Below, piece by piece: positions 27,881 to 39,867 of a stretch of 64,000 nt of DNA. Below the pieces are notes generated by a model. The model searched no databases, was not told the origin of the DNA, and saw nothing but the letters and a program-made list of their open reading frames with translations. Position numbers and translations under genes: made by a program. This DNA is from Terriglobia bacterium (lineage in GTDB: Bacteria; Acidobacteriota; Terriglobia; 20CM-2-55-15): positions 1,013,545 through 1,077,544 of the forward strand of contig CBDAOY010000007.1 in the NCBI GenBank assembly GCA_965198225.1. Reading direction: 5' to 3'. Numbering within the stretch: position 1 is the first letter of the stretch; every line of letters begins with the position of its first letter.

Positions 27881-28120
27881 GGCAGCCTCCCATGTCCTGG
27901 TGATCTTATGCCTTGAGACTGGATCGTCGATTGTAGGCGATCCAGGACGCGACCCTACAAGTACTTGGCGACTCTAGTGTAATGGGATCCGCAGGTTACG
28001 TTGCGTGCCGAACACGGATCACCGCTGGAGTGTGGACACAGCGGAAGGTTCACCGTGCCGACGGACGGGTAAGCCAGCCACCTTGAGCAGGATCATCTTG
28101 GGACGCCATCGGCGGCACAC

Positions 28121-28440
28121 CTAACGTCGGCGGCCGCAGGACACGAATATCTCCACGTCGGCCCTCAGCGCGCGCTCCGTGTTGTGGCTGAAGGCACCCC
28201 GGGCCGCTTTGAAGTAGGCGGCCAGTTGGTCCCCTGCCTCCGCAGCGTATTCAACACGGAACGAGAGCGTTCTCGAGCGGGTTGGTCTGCCCGATCGCCT
28301 TGTGCAGCGTGGCGATGCTGGAGACGTAGCGGCGCACCGTCGCCGGGGCCTTGACGCGCGCCATGTCGTCGATGAAGGCGACCAGGGTGGGGGCGTTGGC
28401 GGGCAACGCCGGCACGACCTGCTGCCGGCAGCCAGGATCT
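28121..28440 (-). pseudogene. Cre-like recombinase N-terminal domain fragments, in swapped order
   Basis: AFSHNTERALRADVEIF and ALPANAPTLVAFIDDMARVKAPATVRRYVSSIATLH, in different frames. Confidence 0.7.
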
Positions 28441-28508
28441 CCATCTCGCATGTCATCTCTGAAATCAGCATCGGGCGGCCTCCGGTTCAGTCGAAAAAGG
28501 CCGCGAAT

Positions 28509-28542
28509 TTTACTCGCGATAATTCCAGTTATCGCGAGTAAA
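28509..28542. other. loxP-like recombination site (13-8-13)
   Basis: TTTACTCGCGATA-ATTCCAGT-TATCGCGAGTAAA, perfect arms. Confidence 0.7.
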
Positions 28543-29111
28543 GCCCCGAGATAACGCTTTCCTCGCCGTTGATCACACGGCGCGGCGGATTTTTTTCGAT
28601 CCGGCGCCTGCTGCCCATCAGCTCAGGGGGGGCGGGACGCAACGAGGTCTGTCTACCGAACGGGGGAGTTGTGGTGCCTTCTACGGCCCGAATGAGCGCG
28701 ACCAGATATCGCCAGCGAACCGGAGAAAGGGACATCGACTTGGCAGAACACCGTGAAATCGCGGCGTCACGCGTCACAGGGATAGACACGAAAGCGGTGG
28801 CGAAGGACTGAGGTGGCCGTATCGATACGGTCGTGGCGGCGCGCTCACCCGCAGCCGTGGCTGCGCCGATGATTTGTCCATGGGGCGATCCGCCGCGTGA
28901 CCGCAAGCCGCTGGCGATGAGTGCCTGCCCGGTTCACGGAAATCGGGCTATGGGCTCTGCCGTGCAGCGCCGCCCGCCTGTTCCGTGCCGAGCCCGTTGG
29001 CAGGACATGAGCAGTTTCGCCGCCGATACCGTCGATCAACGTGCGACCGTCATCACCGGTCCCCGGGTGTCGGTCCGCGGACGTCAATTCACAAGGGCGA
29101 CGCGCTACCGC

Positions 29112-32100
29112 ATGCGCGTGCTCTCTTTTTCGCTGCAAGGCCTTAAAACCGGGTTATTTCTGCTATTCGCATCACTGCTGGCCGTGTCGGCGCCGATTCA
29201 GGCCAGCGCGCAGGCGAACAGCCCTCCGGCGGTGACGGGGCCAACCAGCGTCGACTACGCCGAGAACAGCGAGGAGACGGTGGCCACGTATATCGCTACG
29301 GACCCGGAGGCCGAAGCAATCGCGTGGAGCGTGTCCGGGACGGACCATGCGCTGTTTTCCATCACTGCGGGTGTCCTGGAGTTCCTGAGCCCGCCGAACT
29401 ACGAGAGGCCTATCGACGAGGGCGAAGACAACGCGTATGAGGTGGGCGTCACGGCCACGGATTCCTCCGGGGCGGCCGCCACCGTTGCGGTCACCGTGAC
29501 GGTAACAGACGTCAACGACCCGAACATCGTCCTCATCATGGCGGACGATGTCGGTTATGAGGCCTTTGGGGCATACGGTAGCGCACAGTACAGAACGCCG
29601 CGAATTGATGAGCTTGCAGCCGCGGGAGTTCGCTTCACGAACGCTTACTCAAACCCGGTATGCACCCCGAGCAGAGTTGCCTTGATGACGGGTAAGAGCA
29701 GTGTCAGGAACTATGTGGATTTCGGAGTTCTACTCCCCGGAGAATACACGATTACTGATCTCTTTAGTGGGGCCGGATACGCAACGGCCATCGCCGGAAA
29801 GTGGCAGCTTCACGGTAGTGTCGTAGGTAGTGACGTAGTGGCTGGTGTCCCTGCCGGAACCGGATTCGACACGTATTCCTTGTGGAATACAGCCAACACG
29901 GGTCGTAGTCGCTACTGGAATCCTTCCATCGAACGCGACGGTGAAATCATCGATCTGGGCAGCGAGGATTACGGGCCCGACATATTCACGAATTTCCTGC
30001 TGGAATTCATAGAGTCCAACAGAGATAAACCGTTTTTCGCCTACTACCCGATGGTGCTTCCTCATGATCCGTTCGGCTCGCCGCCGCAAGCCCAATGCGT
30101 CGATACCGCTGACGGACAGTGCAATTTCGAGGACATGGTCGCGTATCTCGATTACAACGTCGGCCGCATACGCGACAAGCTGGCGGACCTGGAGCTACTC
30201 GACAACACAATCCTCATATTCACCTCCGACAACGGAACTCACGCACGCTGATCTGATTTCAGAACTCGGGGGAGAAATGATCCATGGGGATAAGAACATG
30301 CCCAACAATGGCGGCACGCGGGTACCGCTGATAGTCAGCGTTCCAGGAGGTGAGGGGGGACGGGTGTTCGACGACCTGATCGACTTCACCGACTTTCTCC
30401 CGACTCTGGCTGATGCGGCAGGTCTTACGATTCCTGACGTCAATATGCTGGACGGCGTGAGTTTTTGGGACAGGCTTCAAGGCCGAACCGGCCAACCGCG
30501 GGAATGGATATATACCTATTACTTCCCACGTCCGTTCGCCGATAGGTTCGACAATCCGCAACGTCATCCAGAGGCGTCGTATGTCCGAGACAAGCGGTAC
30601 CAGCTCTACGGAACAGGAGAGTTCTTCGACATTTCCGTAGACCCTCACCAAGTGCATCCGTTGCCGAGTGACGATGAAGAGTCCAGCGCCGCCCGTACCA
30701 AGCTGCAAGCGGTTCTCGACTCGATGCCGGGGAGAGGTGAGGAGATTTACCCATATTTGATAGGAACTGTCCCGGACTCTGAGCCGCGCCCGCGATGGCG
30801 GCCCGTCCTGTCGAAAGCAACTGTGAACGGCGGCCAATTGACGCTCACTTACGCCGGAATTCTGGACTCAAGAGAAGCGCCTCCCGCAGATTCCTTCATT
30901 GTGAACGTTGATGGTTCCGAGCGTGCGGTCTCCACAGTTTCGATAAGCAAAACAGCGGTTACGCTTACACTCGCTTCGGCGGTTACAGTTGGCCAGACGG
31001 TGACGTTGAATTACACGCCGGGAACGAATGCGATTCAGCACGCGAACAGGCCATTCGGGCACAAAGCGGCACCCCTGGTTCGCCAAGGGGTGACGAACAA
31101 CACTGTGGACACGACGGCGCCGGCGGTGTTGTCGATCACGAGCGACGCGACGCACCCGACGAAGAACGCTTTCACGGTGACGATAACCTTTTCGGAGGAG
31201 GTGAGGGGACTCACGGCGGGGGAGATCGCGGTCACCAATGGCACGGGCTCGAACTTTGCGGGCACAGGCGCGAGCTACATGCTCGACATCGAACCCAGCG
31301 ACGATATCGAAGCCGACGTGACGGTCCGGGTTCCGGCCGATGCGGCGATGGACGCCGCGAACCTCGGCAACATCGAGGGGATCGAGACCTTCGCGGTGGA
31401 CACCCAGGCGCCGGCGGTGTTGTCGATCACGAGCGACGCGACACACCCGACGAAGGATGCTTTCAGGGTGACGATCACCTTTTCGGAGGCGGTGACGGAG
31501 CTCACGTCGCAGGATATCGCGGTCATGAACGGAGTGGGCTCGAACTTCGCGGGCACGGACGCGCGCTACACGCTCGACATCGAGCCCAGCGCCAATACCG
31601 AAGACGATGTGACGGTCCGGGTTCGGGCCAACGCGGCGGTGGACGGCGTGAACATCGGCAACGTCGAGGGGATCGAAACCTTTGCGGTGGACACCCAGGT
31701 GCCGAGGGTGTTGTCGATCACAAGCGACGCGGCGCACCCGACGAAGGATACTTTCACGGTAACGATCACCTTTTCGGAAGAGGTGACGGGGCTGACGGCG
31801 AGTGAGATCGTGGTCAGCAATGGCCGTGGCTCGAACTTCGCGGGCACGGGCGCACGCTACACGCTCGACATCGCTCCGAACGCCAACCTTGAAGCCGATG
31901 TGACGGTCCGGGTTCGAGCCAACGCGGCGGTGGACGGCGCGAACAACAGCCACGTCGACGAGGGCGAGACCTTCGCTGTGGACACGCGGGCACCGGTGTT
32001 GATGAGCGCTGCGGTGGATGGCGACACGCTGACGCTGAGCTATGGGGAGGCGCTGGGCAACCCGACACCGGAGCCGGGCGATTTCACGATGAATGTGGAG

Positions 32101-35100
32101 AGCGCTGGGCGGAGCGTTTCCAGGGTGGCGGTGAGCGGAAGAGCGGTGACTTTGACGCTTGCCTCGGCCGTGGCGCATGGCGAGACGGTGAGAGTGAGCT
32201 ACAGCCCGGGGACGAACCCGATCCAGGACGCGGTGGGCAACCAGGCTCTGGGACTGAGCAACGCGTCGGCCACCAACACTACGGATGCACCCAACACGGA
32301 TCCGATGATCACGAGTCCGGGGCCGTTCAATGTCACTGAGAATCAAGCGCGGGTGACCCGGCTGATGGCGGCCGACGCCGACCCGGGGGACGAGGTCACC
32401 GGCTATACGCTTGTCGGCGGAGCCGATCGGGCCCAGTTCACGGTCGGTGAGGATACCGGAGATCTGGGCTTCCGGGCGGTTCCGAACTTTGAAGCGCCCA
32501 CGGATGCCTTCAGTAACGATCCGCCAAGTGGGGCAGGAGACAACGAGTACATCGTGGTGGTCCAGGTCAGCAGCGGGGCAGGAACGCGGGTGCGGACGGC
32601 GGAACAGACGATTCGCGTGCGGGTGAGTGACGTGGAGGAGCTTCCAGCGGCGCCGGAGGAGCCGACTTTTCCGAGGGCGACGCCGGACAGCCTGACGGTG
32701 GCGTGGACGGAGCCGGACAACACCGGGCCGCCCATCACCGGCTATGACGTGCAATACCGGGAAGGCGTCAGCGGCGGCTTCACGGATGCGCCGCACTCCG
32801 GGACGGCCCAAACCACAACGCTCATGGGGTTGAGCGAGGGCACGGCCTACCAGGTGCAGGTGCGGGCGAGGAACGCGGAAGGAACAGGTGACTGGTCGGA
32901 GCCGGGCGAAGGACGGACCGTGGCCCCGCTGAGGGTTCGGATGACGCCGGAGCTGGAGCCGCCGGTGGAGGGCCCGTTCTCGGTGAGGTTCAGCTTTTCG
33001 GAGACGGTGACGGGTTTCAGCGGAAGCGACATCGAGACGGGTCAGGACCTTGCCTGCATGGACGATCAGAACAACCCGGTGTTCTGCAACCCCGGCTTTG
33101 CGGCATTCGAGACCACGGATAGCCGGGTCTTCACCACCCGCGTGACCCCGAGGACCGGCGGGGTGGCCAATAACTACAAGCTCACGCTCACGGTGCGTGC
33201 CGGCGGAGTGAGATCGTCTGTCGGCAATAAGCCTAACGAGGAGGCGACGCTTGAGGTGCCGGTGGCGCCGCCGGGGGTGACGGTGCCGATCGGGCCGCTG
33301 GGGCTGACGGCGAGCGGGGGAAACGGCCAGGTGGCGCTCCGGTGGAATGCCCCGGGGGACACCGGGGGCGCCGCGATGGTCCGCTACGAATACCGGGTGG
33401 CGGATGGCGTCGGCGGGGAGTTCGGCGCCTGGATGCGGGTGGATGCGGCGGCGAGGTCCGCGCCGGTCCCCGATCTGACGAACGGCCGGGAATACGTCTT
33501 CGAGCTGAGGGGGGTGAACGCCCTGGGCTACGGCGGGGTGGAGACCGTGCGAGCCACCCCGGTGCGCACCACCACCGGGGACGGAGGAGGCAGAGGAGGC
33601 GGCGGGGGTGGGGGCGCCCTCCGCGGGACAGTGCCGGGCGCGCCGACGAACCTGACGGCTGAGGGCGGGGACGGCCAGGTCGTACTGAGTTGGGACGCCC
33701 CGGAAAGCGACGGCGGGGCGGCGATCACCGATTACGAGTATTGGAACGGCGGGAGTCGGACCTGGACCTCCATCGGTTCCACGAACACCACCCATACGGT
33801 CACCGGCCTCGACAACGGAACGGAATACACCTTCCAGGTGCGGGCGGTCAACCGAAGGGGCCGGAGCCGGGCTTCCAACCGGGCTACGGCGACGCCGGAC
33901 GTGTTTATCCTGGACTTTGCGCATTTCGCCAATGGCGCGTCCATTACCTCCGATCTGGTGCTGGTGAACCCGGGAAGCATCCCGATCCGGCCCGTCGTTT
34001 ATTTCTACGACACCGGGGGCAATCCAATTAACGCCGAATCGGTGGTGGACGTCACCGGTGATCTGACGGTCGCCGAGGACGGTGCCTTGACGGTCCTGGC
34101 GGATATGGAGCCACTCAGAGAACTCACGATTGCGACCCACGGTCGGGGAGCGCTCGTGAGTGGATCGGTGAAGGTTGTCTCTTACGGTCCTGTCGGCGGG
34201 TTCCTGCGCTATAACGTCCCGGATGTCGGCGTGGCCGGTGTGGGAGCGAGCCCGCCCACACGGGATGTCCTTTTCCCGGCCCGCCGCGAGGCGGGAGGCA
34301 TCAATACGGCGGCGGCGATCCAGAACCTGGGAGAGGCACCGCTGGAGGTGAGCTGCCGATTGATGCGCGCGGGCGCGGTGCTGGAAGAGGCGGAGATCGC
34401 TCTTGCGCCCAACGGGCAGTCGAGTGTCTTTATCGACGAACAATTCCCCGCCACCGATACGTCCGACTTCGCGGGGTCGATGCACTGCGACGCCCCAGCG
34501 ACGTTCACCGGTGTGGCGGTCGAGATGGATGCTGTCCACCGCATCTTTACGGCACTGCCGGTGGTTTCCGCGGATCGGCTCAGCGGCGGCAGTGCGACGG
34601 TCCTGGACTTTGCGCATTTCGCCAATGGAGGTTCCATCACCTCCGATCTGGTGTTCGTGAATCTGAAGACCCGTCCGAGCGGGCCCGCGCCCACTCCCTT
34701 TCAGATGGCCATCCCTCCGAGCCGCCCTGCCATCCATTTCTACGACACGGAGGGCAATCCGATGGCGACCGAATCGGTGGTGGACATCACCGGCGATCTG
34801 GAAGTCACCGAAGACGGCGCCCTGACGGTCCGGACGGAGATGGAGCCCTTGGGCGTGCTCACGATTTCGACTCACAGCCGGGGCGATCTGGTGACCGGAT
34901 CGGTGAAGGTGGTCTCGGAGGGTCCCATCGGCGGGATGCTCCGCTTTGACCTCCCCGGCATCGGCGAGGCCGTGGTGGGGGCCAGCGAGCCCCTCAGCGA
35001 CTTCCTCTTCCCGGTGCGCCGCCAGGAGGGAGGCATCAACACGGGGGTCGCGATCCACAACCTGGAATCGAGTCCGGAGTTGGTGCGCTGCGAACTGCTG

Positions 35101-35337
35101 CGCGAGGGCGTGCTGCTCGATACCGTGAGCATCCCTCTTGAGGCCAACGGGCAGACCTCCGGGTTCATCGACGGGCGATTCCCCAGCGTCGATACGTCCG
35201 ACTTCGTGGGGTTGGTACGCTGCAATGCAGTCGGTGAGGGGCTCTTCAGTGCCGTCGCCCTGGAACTGGATGCCGCCAACCGCATCTTTACCACACTGCC
35301 AGTGATCCCGCTGCAAGAGACGATGTCTCAGGAATAG
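29112..35337 (+). pseudogene. Giant secreted sulfatase-adhesin (cadherin-like, sulfatase, SwmB-like, 3 Ig-like, cadherin, FN3 repeats, duplicated C-terminal domain), frameshifted near 30244
   Basis: Signal peptide; PNIVLIMADD, CTPSR, AGKWQL, LPHDP, FTSDNG; removing a duplicated CACG (30240-30247) joins the two ORFs as DNGTHADLIS. Confidence 0.85.
31105..31977 (+). repeat. Three 291-bp intragenic repeats (97-aa Ig-like domains)
   Basis: VDT..P.VLSITSDA.HPTK..F.VTITFSE.V units start at 31105, 31396 and 31687. Confidence 0.9.
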
Positions 35338-35712
35338 ACGGACGCGCCTGACAGGCTAGGCGACGGCGTCGCCATGAGCTTCGAACCGGGCGTCGACGCC
35401 CAACGCGGGAGAGCCCGAGTCAGGGGGGCACGGACCACGGCATGCCTGGACGGTTCACGGCGCGCCGGCGGTAGACATCCGATCCGTGGACACCGTGGGC
35501 CGGGGGCGCCCCCGGATGCATACCGGAGGCCGGCGGGGGTCCATCATGCCTGGGATGACTGTGATGTCGATGTTGCCGTGCTCGGTCGCGTGCCTCGTCG
35601 CAGCCGGCATCCGCGGTGTTGCGGAATGGCTCCACGCGTTGAGGCTCGACGACAGCTCGCGCTGGCTGGGCCCATCCTCCGAAAACCTCTGCTATCCGTA
35701 TCGCGAAAGGCG

Positions 35713-36303
35713 CTGGCCTCCGGCGAGCCGGAAGATCCCCCCGGCTGGGAACGGATCTATGAAGGCTCGTTCCTGGAAGCAGCGCTGGTCACACAGCTTT
35801 CCGGCGACTTTCCCGGCCCGGTGCTGGCCGTGGTTTCGGTGCCCTTTTACTCGGCAGACCGGCAGCGGATTTTAGTCCCGCGAGGGGCGCGAGTCGTGGG
35901 CACGGCTCAGGCCGTGGCGAATCAGGACCAATCGCGCCTTGCCGTCAGTTTCCACCGTTTGATCTATCCGGACGGGCGTTGGGTGTCGCTGGAATTCAAC
36001 GGCCTCAATCAGGTCGGCGAGGGAGCCTTGAAAGATCAGGTCAACCGCCATTACCTATCCACGTTCGCCGCAGTCGGCGCGGTCGGCATCCTGAGCGGGC
36101 TGACCTTGCGCGGCTCCAATCCCTATGGCGGCGGGCAGCAGAGCCTTCAGGCTGGGGCCGGACAAGGGCTCGGCCAGGCCGCGACGCGCATCCTGGATCG
36201 TTTCCTGAATCGTTTGCCCACCCTCACCATTCGGGCCGGGCATCGGCTTCGCGTTTGGTTCACTTCCGACGTGCTGGTTCCCCGGCCCCAACAAGGAGAT
36301 TGA
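35713..36303 (+). pseudogene. virB10: VirB10/TrbI C-terminal domain, N-terminus missing
   Basis: GSFLEAALVTQLSGDFPG, LVPRGARVVG, RLAVSFHRLIYPDG, DQVNRHY, PTLTIRAG; the upstream part of the ORF is not protein-like. Confidence 0.8.
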
Positions 36304-36304
36304 A

Positions 36305-37222
36305 ATGAAAATGTACCGAAAAGCCTTCACCGTTGTTGTCATGGTTCCGATCCTCATCATGCTCACCACCACGCCCGCGCATGCCCTCTTCGGCTCGATC
36401 CTTGCGGGCATCCAACGCGCCCAGATGATCGCCAATCAGGGGATCCAGATCTACAAGGACACAATGGCGAAGATCACCCTGGACGGCCAATTGACCCAGA
36501 TGACGGATCAGTTCAACCACCTGCAAGAACAGGCGCTCGGAAGTGTCGGGGCGCTCACCGATCCGTTTACGCAGTTGGCTTCGGTGCCGACGCAGTTCAT
36601 CGGCGTGGGTCTCGCGTGGAAGAACGATTTTACCGGCGTTGCCGCGGAGCTTGTCTCGTCGGTGGAACAGATGGGCGAAACCGGCACGAGCTTTACCGAG
36701 TCGTGGCGTGATCGGCTCACCGCCGCCGACACGGTGACTGAGAGCGACATCATTGGTCTGTACAACTCTCAGCGGCCCGAAATGGCCCAGAGAGCGGCAC
36801 GGGGCTACCTTGCGGCGCGAGAGGAAGGCGAGAAACGCCTGGTCCTCGATCACGCCACGAGCGATGCGGCGGCGAATCTCATGATTGCGGCGCGTGAGGC
36901 TGTGGCCTCCTACGAAGGACTGCGAAACAACACCAATACTTCCAACACCGCGCTCGCTCAATCGCAGGTGGCCGGGACCCTGACCCAGGGGAACCTCACC
37001 GCGGCCATGGCGCAGTTGATGGCGTTCGATACAGCAAAGGCGGCAGCGGAAGATTACGAACGCGAGATCGCCCGGCGCGACGCGCTGGCGGAATGGGTCG
37101 AGGCCCAGCGCCGCGCGCGCGTCACCTTCGACGCGCAACAGGCCGGGCTCGATGCCCGGCGCGATGCGATGCGGGAAGGGTTGCTCTTCCAGATTCATCC
37201 GTTCTATCGCGGCGGGAACTAA
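36305..37222 (+). CDS. Secreted T4SS protein (VirB5/TrbJ-like)
   Basis: Signal peptide (PAHA), helical Q/A-rich, located between virB10 and virB6. Confidence 0.6.
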   Translation: MKMYRKAFTVVVMVPILIMLTTTPAHALFGSILAGIQRAQMIANQGIQIYKDTMAKITLDGQLTQMTDQFNHLQEQALGSVGALTDPFTQLASVPTQFIGVGLAWKNDFTGVAAELVSSVEQMGETGTSFTESWRDRLTAADTVTESDIIGLYNSQRPEMAQRAARGYLAAREEGEKRLVLDHATSDAAANLMIAAREAVASYEGLRNNTNTSNTALAQSQVAGTLTQGNLTAAMAQLMAFDTAKAAAEDYEREIARRDALAEWVEAQRRARVTFDAQQAGLDARRDAMREGLLFQIHPFYRGGN

Positions 37223-37234
37223 CCCGGTACGCCG

Positions 37235-38236
37235 ATGCAAATCCAACTCGACCCGGCGATCCCGGCCCAGGTCCCCCCGGAGCAGCTTCGGGATTTCAAG
37301 TCGTTTCTCGATACCGTTCTCGAGGGAATCATCGGCCCGGCGGCCAACCCTCTGCTGGAGACCGGAAACCTGCTGTGGACAGGGTTAGCCGCAATCGTGG
37401 TGGTGTTGACCGGCGCGAAGATCGCGTACAGCGGGAACATTCAGCCGTGGGACATCGTCCGGCTCGTCATCGGTCTGTGGGTGCCGTGGGTCATGTTGCA
37501 GTTCTACTCGACGCCCATCCCGGGGCTGGTCTTCACGTTCCCGGGGGTCATCACGGCGGGCGGGAATTGGTTGCACAATTTCTTGCTTGCGGACACGGCC
37601 TGGTCCATGCATAGCGAACTCGGAAACCTCGTCACCAACCTCGCGGAGGATCTTCAGGTGCAAGCGAATCAGGGGAGTATTCTCGGCGTGCTCACCGGCG
37701 GCGCTCACGCCGTGCTGACGCTCGTTGCCGGAGCCGTCATCATGCTGTTCGTCGTGACCTGTCTCGTCGTTTTGTTCGCGGTTACCTACGCTCAGGTGAT
37801 CTGGGCCCAGATCGCCCTGGCGATCCTCACGCTCCTGGGTCCGATCTTCATTCCCTGGCTGGTGTTTGAGCCGATGAGCTTCATGTTCTGGGGATGGTTC
37901 CGGGCGATGCTGACGTATTCGCTCTACGCCGTGATCGCCGGGGCCGTCATGCGCGTGTTTTCCGGCGTGGGCCTCGCCTACGTCACGACCCTGGGCACCG
38001 CCCAACTCAACTGGCAGTCCATTGGCGATCTCGGTTTGTGGCTCCTGGCGGTCCTGCCCCTGTTCGTGGCCGGGATCCTGTCATCGCTCAAGTGCGGGGA
38101 GCTCGCCTCGATGCTCGTCACCGGTGCCGGTGCATCGGGAAGCGGGCTCATGGGCATGGCGGGGATGGCGGGAACGGTTGCCACCGGCGCCAGCGTGCGC
38201 GCGGCCGCGAAAGCGGGGGCGGGAGGTCTGAAATGA
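37235..38236 (+). CDS. virB6: VirB6/TrbL type IV secretion membrane protein
   Basis: Multiple TM segments, LLGPIFIPWLVF, FWGWFR, Gly/Ala-rich tail. Confidence 0.85.
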   Translation: MQIQLDPAIPAQVPPEQLRDFKSFLDTVLEGIIGPAANPLLETGNLLWTGLAAIVVVLTGAKIAYSGNIQPWDIVRLVIGLWVPWVMLQFYSTPIPGLVFTFPGVITAGGNWLHNFLLADTAWSMHSELGNLVTNLAEDLQVQANQGSILGVLTGGAHAVLTLVAGAVIMLFVVTCLVVLFAVTYAQVIWAQIALAILTLLGPIFIPWLVFEPMSFMFWGWFRAMLTYSLYAVIAGAVMRVFSGVGLAYVTTLGTAQLNWQSIGDLGLWLLAVLPLFVAGILSSLKCGELASMLVTGAGASGSGLMGMAGMAGTVATGASVRAAAKAGAGGLK

Positions 38237-38904
38237 GCAAGAAGGAAACCCAAGACGCCGGGGTCGAATACGCCGAAATCTGGGGCGAGGCCATCCACGC
38301 GAACCACCACCTGCGGGTGCTCTCTGTCGGGCTGGGGGCGTTGTGCCTGTTGCTCGTCATCGTCGTCATCCGCATCGTGTCGGTCGCTCCCCCGCGCCCC
38401 ATCGTCGTGCGGGTGGATGAAGTCGGCCGCGCCGAGGCCGTCGCCTATGAAGCGATGGAGGCCCAGGCGGACCCCCTCGACCCCACCACCAAATACTTTC
38501 TCAATCGCTTTATCTATGACTTCTACTCCCGGCGGCGGGCCACGGTCGAAGAGAACTGGTCCCGGAGTCTGCGCTTCCTAACGACGGAACTTGCCGGTGC
38601 CTCGTTCCGGGCCGAGAGCCAGAACATCGCCCTTCTCGCGGCGGGCGCGGCGCGGGATGAACTGCAAGTGGATCGCGTCGTTTTGCGGATTCAAGCCAAC
38701 CCCCGGGAGCCCCACAGCGCGACGGCCGATTTCGATCTGGTGCGGCTGGTGGCGCAGAACGAAGTGGGCCGGGAACGCTGGACCCTCTCGCTTCAATTTC
38801 TGTTCCTCGATGAGATCCCGCCGGACCTGATCGTCCACAACCCGATGGGGATCGTGATCACCTATCTGCAAGGAGATCGGGCGATAGTCAGCGGCGAACC
38901 ATGA
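38233..38904 (+). CDS. virB8: VirB8/TrbF family protein
   Basis: Single TM, PIVVRVDEVG, KYFLNRFI, NPMGIVIT; ATG overlaps the virB6 stop. Confidence 0.85.
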   Translation: MSKKETQDAGVEYAEIWGEAIHANHHLRVLSVGLGALCLLLVIVVIRIVSVAPPRPIVVRVDEVGRAEAVAYEAMEAQADPLDPTTKYFLNRFIYDFYSRRRATVEENWSRSLRFLTTELAGASFRAESQNIALLAAGAARDELQVDRVVLRIQANPREPHSATADFDLVRLVAQNEVGRERWTLSLQFLFLDEIPPDLIVHNPMGIVITYLQGDRAIVSGEP

Positions 38905-39845
38905 TGATCGAGCATTTGCGGGGGAGGGAGCAAAAACTGGAACCGCTCGGTTGGACAGGGCGCGATGCGGAATGGATCGCGCTGGTGTGTTTGCATAGTG
39001 GCGTTTTCACCCGCGCACAATTCTGTTTCTACTTTGATACCCGCCGCGACCGCGCCCATCGGTTTGTACAGGCATTGGTGAAGCGGAGGTCGGCGGTCGA
39101 AACCGATGCCCTCACCTTCAATGGAGGAGGGAAGACGTGCCGGATATCGAGCAAACCGATCTACCGGGCGCTGGGGGTCGAGAACATCCGCCACCGCCGA
39201 AAAGCCCAACCGCCGGTGGTGATGCGGCGGCTCCTATCGCTGGATTTCGTTCTGGAACATCCGGGCATGAACTGGCTTCCCGCCGAGATGGAAAAGGTCG
39301 AGTTTTTTGACGGGCTCGGCCTCTCGCGGCGGTTGATTCCCCGCCGGATTTATTACGGGGCCGTGGGGGCCCAGAAACGCTACTTTGCGCTCAAACTTCC
39401 CCTTGCCGTGGACGCTCGAACCGTCACCTTCGCCTACGTCGATCCGGGGCACAGTACCGCTTCGGAATTGCACTCCTGGGGAGCCGCGCATGGGCCGCTT
39501 TGGGATGCGCTGCGGAAGACGGGGCGGCAGGTCCGGGTGATCGCCATTGCCGCCGAAAACAAGACGGTCGAGCGGGCGGAGCGGGTGTTGCGCGCATGGG
39601 CGGCGGCGGTCCCAGGGGAGCCCAGCGAGGAGCTGACGGTGAAGCGGGAAATCAAGGCGATTGACGAAGCGATGACCCACAAAGACCGGGAATTTCTGGC
39701 CCGGTACGGGGGATTCGGTGGAGCCATGAAACGGTCCGCGGCGCTCCAAAGTCTGCCCGAAGCGAAGGTGACGGAAGGGGTCTCGATTGACGACTACGGG
39801 ACGTGGTTTGCGGAGCGTTTTGCCGGTCCCGAAGGAATACTGTAA
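38901..39845 (+). CDS. Hypothetical protein with predicted N-terminal winged helix (candidate DNA-processing protein)
   Basis: 314 aa, coupled to virB8; LHSGVFTRAQF...RFVQALVKR, IYRALGVENIRHRR. Confidence 0.7.
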   Translation: MMIEHLRGREQKLEPLGWTGRDAEWIALVCLHSGVFTRAQFCFYFDTRRDRAHRFVQALVKRRSAVETDALTFNGGGKTCRISSKPIYRALGVENIRHRRKAQPPVVMRRLLSLDFVLEHPGMNWLPAEMEKVEFFDGLGLSRRLIPRRIYYGAVGAQKRYFALKLPLAVDARTVTFAYVDPGHSTASELHSWGAAHGPLWDALRKTGRQVRVIAIAAENKTVERAERVLRAWAAAVPGEPSEELTVKREIKAIDEAMTHKDREFLARYGGFGGAMKRSAALQSLPEAKVTEGVSIDDYGTWFAERFAGPEGIL

Positions 39846-39867
39846 TGGGGTTCAAAAGCAATGGGAA

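Noticed and set aside
31105-31977. Regular repeats as a possible CRISPR array
   Set aside because: They are 291-bp in-frame domain repeats with no unique spacers; no cas genes or CRISPR array seen in the window
30868-35316. 1482-aa antisense ORF and other long antisense ORFs (342-1634, 2654-4225, 18758-20314, 62380-63570)
   Set aside because: Shadows of GC-rich genes on the opposite strand, with no motifs
35374-35712. N-terminal part of the 309-aa ORF as a genuine VirB10 N-terminus
   Set aside because: No TM segment and non-protein-like composition; probably junction debris
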